DNA of 64,000 nt from an uncultured delta proteobacterium (lineage in GTDB: Bacteria; Myxococcota_A; Polyangia; Polyangiales; Polyangiaceae). The stretch's first letter is position 1; every line of letters starts with the position of its first letter. Position numbers and translations under genes: made by a program. Under the pieces are notes generated by a model. That model searched no databases and was not told the DNA's origin. It saw only the letters and a program-made list of their open reading frames with translations. The stretch lies in the NCBI GenBank assembly GCA_963806225.1, contig CAWDXG010000001.1:160001-224000 (forward strand), given 5' to 3'. This document shows positions 59,948 to 64,000 of this stretch, one piece after another.

Positions 59948-62386
59948 TCAATCCGCGATCCACAGGACGGTGAACGCATCGCCGCCGTCCTCGGGATCGG
60001 CGGCGCGGGACCGCGCGACGTAGCGCGACCCGCCGAGGTGCTGCCGCACGGCGCTCTTCAGCGCACCGGTGCCGTGGCCGTGCAGCACGAAGCCGGCGGG
60101 CTCGCCTTCCGCAAGCAGCCGATCCACGAACGCGTCCACGCGGTCCAGCGCCTCGTCCACGCGCTGGCCCCTCAGGTCCAGCGTGTTGTCCTCGGTACGG
60201 ACCGGCACGTGCTCGCCGCGCACCGCGGTGGCGCCGCCCCGGTCGTCTTTTTCGGGTGTTCGACCCGGGGCCTTGGGTTTGGGCTTCTTGGGCTTGGCCG
60301 CTCGCTCGAGGGACGCCACCGGGACGCTCAGCTTGAGCGCACCGGCCGCCACGCGTACCTGGCCCTTCGCTGGCGGAGCGAGCACCTCGGCGATCGCGTC
60401 GATCCCGGGCACGTACACACGCGCTCCCGCCACCAGCTCTTCGATAGCCAGCGGTTGTTCCGGCTTTGCCGCGTGCCGCGGCGCGTCCGCCACCTCGACC
60501 AGACGGCCGCCGATGGCGATCTGCTGGGCGGCCCTGCTCACGCTCCGCTCCGCGTCGCGCACCTGCTGCTTGTCGAGCCCGGCCTGCTTCAGGCGCGCCC
60601 GCGCTTGACGGAGCTCGGCCCGCGCCCGCTGCACTTCCGCTGTCAGCTCGCGGGCCTGCTGCTCCGCGCGCCGTCGGTCCTGCTCGCGCTGTCGCGCGAG
60701 CTCGGTCTCGACTTCGGTGCCCAGCTGCTTCTGCCGCCGGGCTTCCGCCTCGGCCTCGCGGCGCGCCTGTTCCAGCGCCCGCTGCTCGGCCTCGAGCTCC
60801 GCGACCAGCTCCTCGCGTCGACGCGCGTGCTCCGGCATCAGCTGCTCGGCCCGCTGGATCACGTCCGGAGGCATGCCATGGCGCGCGGCTACGGCCAGCG
60901 CGCTCGAAGCGCCCGGCACACCGAGCTCCAGCTTGAACGTCGGCTTCATCGCCCCGAAATCGAAGCCCACCGAGGCGTTCACGAAGTGATCGTCGTCTAC
61001 CGGGAGCTCTTTCAGGCGTTCGTAGTGCGTGGTCACCGCCACCGTCGCGCCGCGCTGCACCAGCTTCTCCAGCACCGCGACCGCGAGAGCCGAGCCCTCT
61101 TCCGGGTCGGTGCCCGCGGCGACCTCGTCCAGCAGCACCAGCGTGCGCGGGTTGGCGTGCTCGACGAACCGGGCGAGCTTTTCGATGTGCGCGCTGAACG
61201 TCGACAGCGAGCGGGCCAGCGACTGATCGTCGCCGACGTCGGTCAGCACGTTGTCGAACCAGCCGACACGCGAGCCGGGCGCGGCGGGCAGCGGCAGCCC
61301 CGCGCGCGCCATCCACGCCGCGAGTCCCAGGCATTTGAGGGCCACCGTCTTGCCGCCGGCGTTGGGCCCGGAGATGACGAGCCCCGAGCCAGGCGAAAGC
61401 CGGATGTCGTTGGGCACGACCTCGTCCAGGCCGCTGCCGATCAAGAGCGGGTGGCGCATCTCCCTGAGGTCGATGCCGGCATCCATTTCCGGCGCGACCA
61501 CGACGCCCTCCGCCTCCGCGGCCCAGCGAGCGATAGCCGATAGCTGGTCGGCGGCGAGGCACGCTTCGTACGCGCGCGAGAGCTCGTCCGCCTGCGCAGC
61601 CGCGGCATCGCACAGTCGCGCCAGCACGCGCGCCTCCTCGCGCTCGGCCTCCGCTTCGGCGACGCCCAGCCGGTTGCCGAGCTCGGTGATCTCCTGCGGT
61701 TCGACGTACAGTGTTCCGCCCGACGCACTCGAGCCCAGCACGATGCCTGGAACGCGGCGATGCGCGTCCGCGCGCACCGGCAGCACGTAGCGACCGTCCC
61801 GCTCGGCATAGTAGTTGTCGCGCAGCACTTCCGAGTAGCGGGAGATGAGCCGGTCAATCCGCGTGGAAAGCTCCCTGCGCAGGGAGGCGACGCGCTGTCG
61901 GGCTGCGGCGAGCCCGGGCGAGGCGCGATCCGCGACGGCGCCGCTCTCGTCCAGCGCGTGCTCGAGCTCCTTCAGGAACTCGTCCAGCTCCGGAGCGCTG
62001 CCGATGGCCGCTGCCAGCGCCGGGTGCTGTTCGCGCTGCCGCGCGGCGTAGGCCCTCAGCGAGGCTGCGGTCCTGAGCACGGTCCTCAATGAAGCGAGCT
62101 CGTCTGCGCCGGCGACGGCTCCGCGGCGGAGCCGGGCAAGCAGAGGGGCCATCTCCTCCACTTTGGCCCCCGGCAGGGGCGCGTCGGCCTGCGAGAGCTC
62201 GAGCGCGTCCGCCACCACCCGGCAACGCTGCCGGGCGTCCTCGATCTCCGCGGCGGGAGACAGCTCGCGCAGACGTCGCGCTGCGGCGTCTCCGGCGGCC
62301 CGCCGCGCGATGCGCTCGAGCAGCTCGAACCACTCGAGGTCCGCCGAGGCCTTGTCGGCCGACGCTATCGGAGGGGTGCTGGACAC
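59948..62386 (-). CDS. mutS2: Endonuclease MutS2 (with Smr domain)
   Basis: DLEW, SGPNAGGKT, STFSAH, LLDE..GTDP.EG, TTHY, LDLRG, HGHGTGAL. Confidence 0.95.
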   Translation of the reverse strand: MSSTPPIASADKASADLEWFELLERIARRAAGDAAARRLRELSPAAEIEDARQRCRVVADALELSQADAPLPGAKVEEMAPLLARLRRGAVAGADELASLRTVLRTAASLRAYAARQREQHPALAAAIGSAPELDEFLKELEHALDESGAVADRASPGLAAARQRVASLRRELSTRIDRLISRYSEVLRDNYYAERDGRYVLPVRADAHRRVPGIVLGSSASGGTLYVEPQEITELGNRLGVAEAEAEREEARVLARLCDAAAAQADELSRAYEACLAADQLSAIARWAAEAEGVVVAPEMDAGIDLREMRHPLLIGSGLDEVVPNDIRLSPGSGLVISGPNAGGKTVALKCLGLAAWMARAGLPLPAAPGSRVGWFDNVLTDVGDDQSLARSLSTFSAHIEKLARFVEHANPRTLVLLDEVAAGTDPEEGSALAVAVLEKLVQRGATVAVTTHYERLKELPVDDDHFVNASVGFDFGAMKPTFKLELGVPGASSALAVAARHGMPPDVIQRAEQLMPEHARRREELVAELEAEQRALEQARREAEAEARRQKQLGTEVETELARQREQDRRRAEQQARELTAEVQRARAELRQARARLKQAGLDKQQVRDAERSVSRAAQQIAIGGRLVEVADAPRHAAKPEQPLAIEELVAGARVYVPGIDAIAEVLAPPAKGQVRVAAGALKLSVPVASLERAAKPKKPKPKAPGRTPEKDDRGGATAVRGEHVPVRTEDNTLDLRGQRVDEALDRVDAFVDRLLAEGEPAGFVLHGHGTGALKSAVRQHLGGSRYVARSRAADPEDGGDAFTVLWIAD

Positions 62387-62483
62387 GGAGCGGCTCCTCT
62401 ACAGCGGCGCTGGCCGACGCGCCAGCCCCGTTGTCGTCCGGCACTATGGCGATCCGGCGTGTGTCCGGACTAGAGTGAGGGCA

Positions 62484-63905
62484 GTGTCACGAGCTTCGAG
62501 CCCCACCGAGGTCGACGACGCGGCCTTCATCCACAGCTTGCTGGCGGTCCAGCGCTTCCAGCGCACCGGCGTGCTCGAAGTACGGGCGGAGGGCGTCTGC
62601 ACCCTCATCTACGTGCAGAAGGGCATCCCCGTCTTCGCCGAGCAGGGATCGCTCGGCGAAACCCTCGGCCGGGTCCTGGTCCGGCAGGGCGCGCTCACGG
62701 CCGAGCAGTACGCTGCGGTCATCGATCGAATGACCGAGACCGTATTCGGCAGCGAGCAGCTGCGGTTCGGTGAGGTCGCCGTCGCGCTCGGCTATCTGAC
62801 CCTGCAGCAGGTCAACGACGCGCTCGCCGAGCAGGTCCGGCAGAAGCTGCTGCGATGCATGCAGTGGTCCGCCCCGGAGTGCGAGTTCAAGGCGGTGACC
62901 GAAGCCCTCGACGAGGTCGCCCACTACGCCTGCCAGGTCGAGCCGCTGCTGCTCGAAGGGCTCCGCGAGTACTTCGACAAGCAGCGCGTGCGCCCGCTGT
63001 GGGAAGCAGCGGCGACCCGTTTCGCAGCCCTGACCGAGACGCTCGACGCGATCGTGGCGCGATTCAAGCTCGGGACGGAAGAGCGGGCGCTGCTGGAGGG
63101 CATCGACGGGTCGCGGACCGTGGCGCAGGTAGTAGGTTCGGGCCAGCTCGACAGCACCGCGGCGGCACAGCTGTTGAGCGCGCTGTTGCTGGTCGACGCG
63201 CTCGGCGCCTTCGACTCGAGCGAGGAGGCGGAGCAGCAGGCGCAGGCGGCGCGCTCGCTGGTGCGCGTTCCTGGTGGGCGCATGGTTTCCATCGCGCGGC
63301 CGCAGTCGGCGTCGGCGAGCGGCCCGCCGGAGGCGATCGCCCAGGCCGTCGTCGTGCCCTCGGCTCCGCCTGCCGCTGCAGCGGACCCCGGGCCCGAGGC
63401 GCCCAGCGCAGCCGCACCCGAGGCGTCCGAGCCCGCGCCTCCCCCCTCGGACCCACCCCGCCCGGTTTCCATCCCGGTACCGCCCGACGTGAAGCATTCG
63501 CGCCTGCGCGCGGAGCAGCTCTTCCAGAGCGGACGCAAGCACCTCAGGGAAGGTCGCTGGCAGAAAGCGCTGGCCGATCTCGACAAGGCCGCCAAGCGCT
63601 ATCCCGAAGCCATCGAATACAAGCTGCACGCTGCGTGGGCGGAGTTCCGCATGCTCGACGATCCGGAGCGGATGGAGGAGCTCAAGGAGGAGCTCGCCGA
63701 TCTGGCGCTGCGCGCGGTGCGCCAGGACAAGACCATCTCCTTCGCACACTACGTCCACGCACAGCTCTTCCTGATGGCCGGCGACGAGAAGGCCGCGCGT
63801 CGATCCTTCGGCGTCGCCTGGAAGCTCGACAGAAGTGATCGCGACGCCGAGCGCCACTACCGCGTGCTCGACCGTCGCTTGCGCGGCGACGACAAGGGTC
63901 ATTGA
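62484..63905 (+). CDS. DUF4388-type N-terminal domain plus TPR protein
   Basis: RTGVLEV...G.PVFA...LGRVLV..G.LT..Q; Pro/Ala linker; C-terminal TPRs. Confidence 0.75.
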   Translation: MSRASSPTEVDDAAFIHSLLAVQRFQRTGVLEVRAEGVCTLIYVQKGIPVFAEQGSLGETLGRVLVRQGALTAEQYAAVIDRMTETVFGSEQLRFGEVAVALGYLTLQQVNDALAEQVRQKLLRCMQWSAPECEFKAVTEALDEVAHYACQVEPLLLEGLREYFDKQRVRPLWEAAATRFAALTETLDAIVARFKLGTEERALLEGIDGSRTVAQVVGSGQLDSTAAAQLLSALLLVDALGAFDSSEEAEQQAQAARSLVRVPGGRMVSIARPQSASASGPPEAIAQAVVVPSAPPAAAADPGPEAPSAAAPEASEPAPPPSDPPRPVSIPVPPDVKHSRLRAEQLFQSGRKHLREGRWQKALADLDKAAKRYPEAIEYKLHAAWAEFRMLDDPERMEELKEELADLALRAVRQDKTISFAHYVHAQLFLMAGDEKAARRSFGVAWKLDRSDRDAERHYRVLDRRLRGDDKGH

Positions 63906-63920
63906 CCGCCGCGTCGTGCG

Positions 63921-63943
63921 GGGTCACGGTCCAGCCGTGACCC
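63921..63943. other. Inverted repeat after the TPR gene
   Basis: GGGTCACGG-tccag-CCGTGACCC 9-bp stem. Confidence 0.4.
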
Positions 63944-64000
63944 AGGACATGTCCGACAAGGTGCGGGTGGGCGTAGCGTCCACGGCTTCGGGCAGCGGCG

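Noticed and set aside
1..64000. Numerous long overlapping ORFs in the track (e.g. 68-2035, 747-3119, 51724-55020, 59787-61613)
   Set aside because: Arg/Ala/Pro-rich shadow or antisense frames expected at high GC; they overlap genes with clear motifs
63949..64000. Start of a gene (MSDKVRVGVASTASGSG), possibly purN-like
   Set aside because: Only 17 codons are visible and the motif is imperfect
1..64000. tRNA (including tRNA-Sec), rRNA, IS elements, prophage
   Set aside because: No cloverleaf/T-loop signature, transposase, integrase or phage gene recognised; a tRNAscan/Infernal run is needed to exclude them formally

Overview
Very GC-rich bacterial DNA with the hallmarks of Myxococcota, most likely Polyangiales-like: MYXO-CTERM tails, many Gly/Ser-linker lipoproteins, Ser/Thr kinases, PilZ and AgmX/PglI-type proteins. 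About 55 genes or relics are supportable. Housekeeping or well-known genes are metF, panE, glyQ, dps, xfp, ackA, mutS2, an ECF41 (SigJ-type) sigma with its CMD partner, a MASE1 hybrid kinase, an MMPL transporter and a metal ABC pair. No rRNA, tRNA, CRISPR array or transposase was recognised. The best find is a selenoprotein hidden by the ORF track (39820-40374): two in-frame ORFs joined by one TGA that forms a thioredoxin-fold U-x-x-C motif, followed by a SECIS-like hairpin, in a lipoprotein resembling the selenoprotein P N-terminal domain. Other notable items are a window-wide signature of leaderless transcription (TAnnnT 6-8 nt before at least 13 start codons), a translationally coupled panE / PGM1-like ATP-grasp ligase / deacylase operon, a sigma54-driven ~1500 aa zinc-metalloprotease-like lipoprotein, several deletion relics, and frameshifts whose pattern points to a two-allele consensus artefact. 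All family calls come from motif recognition by eye; no searches were run.
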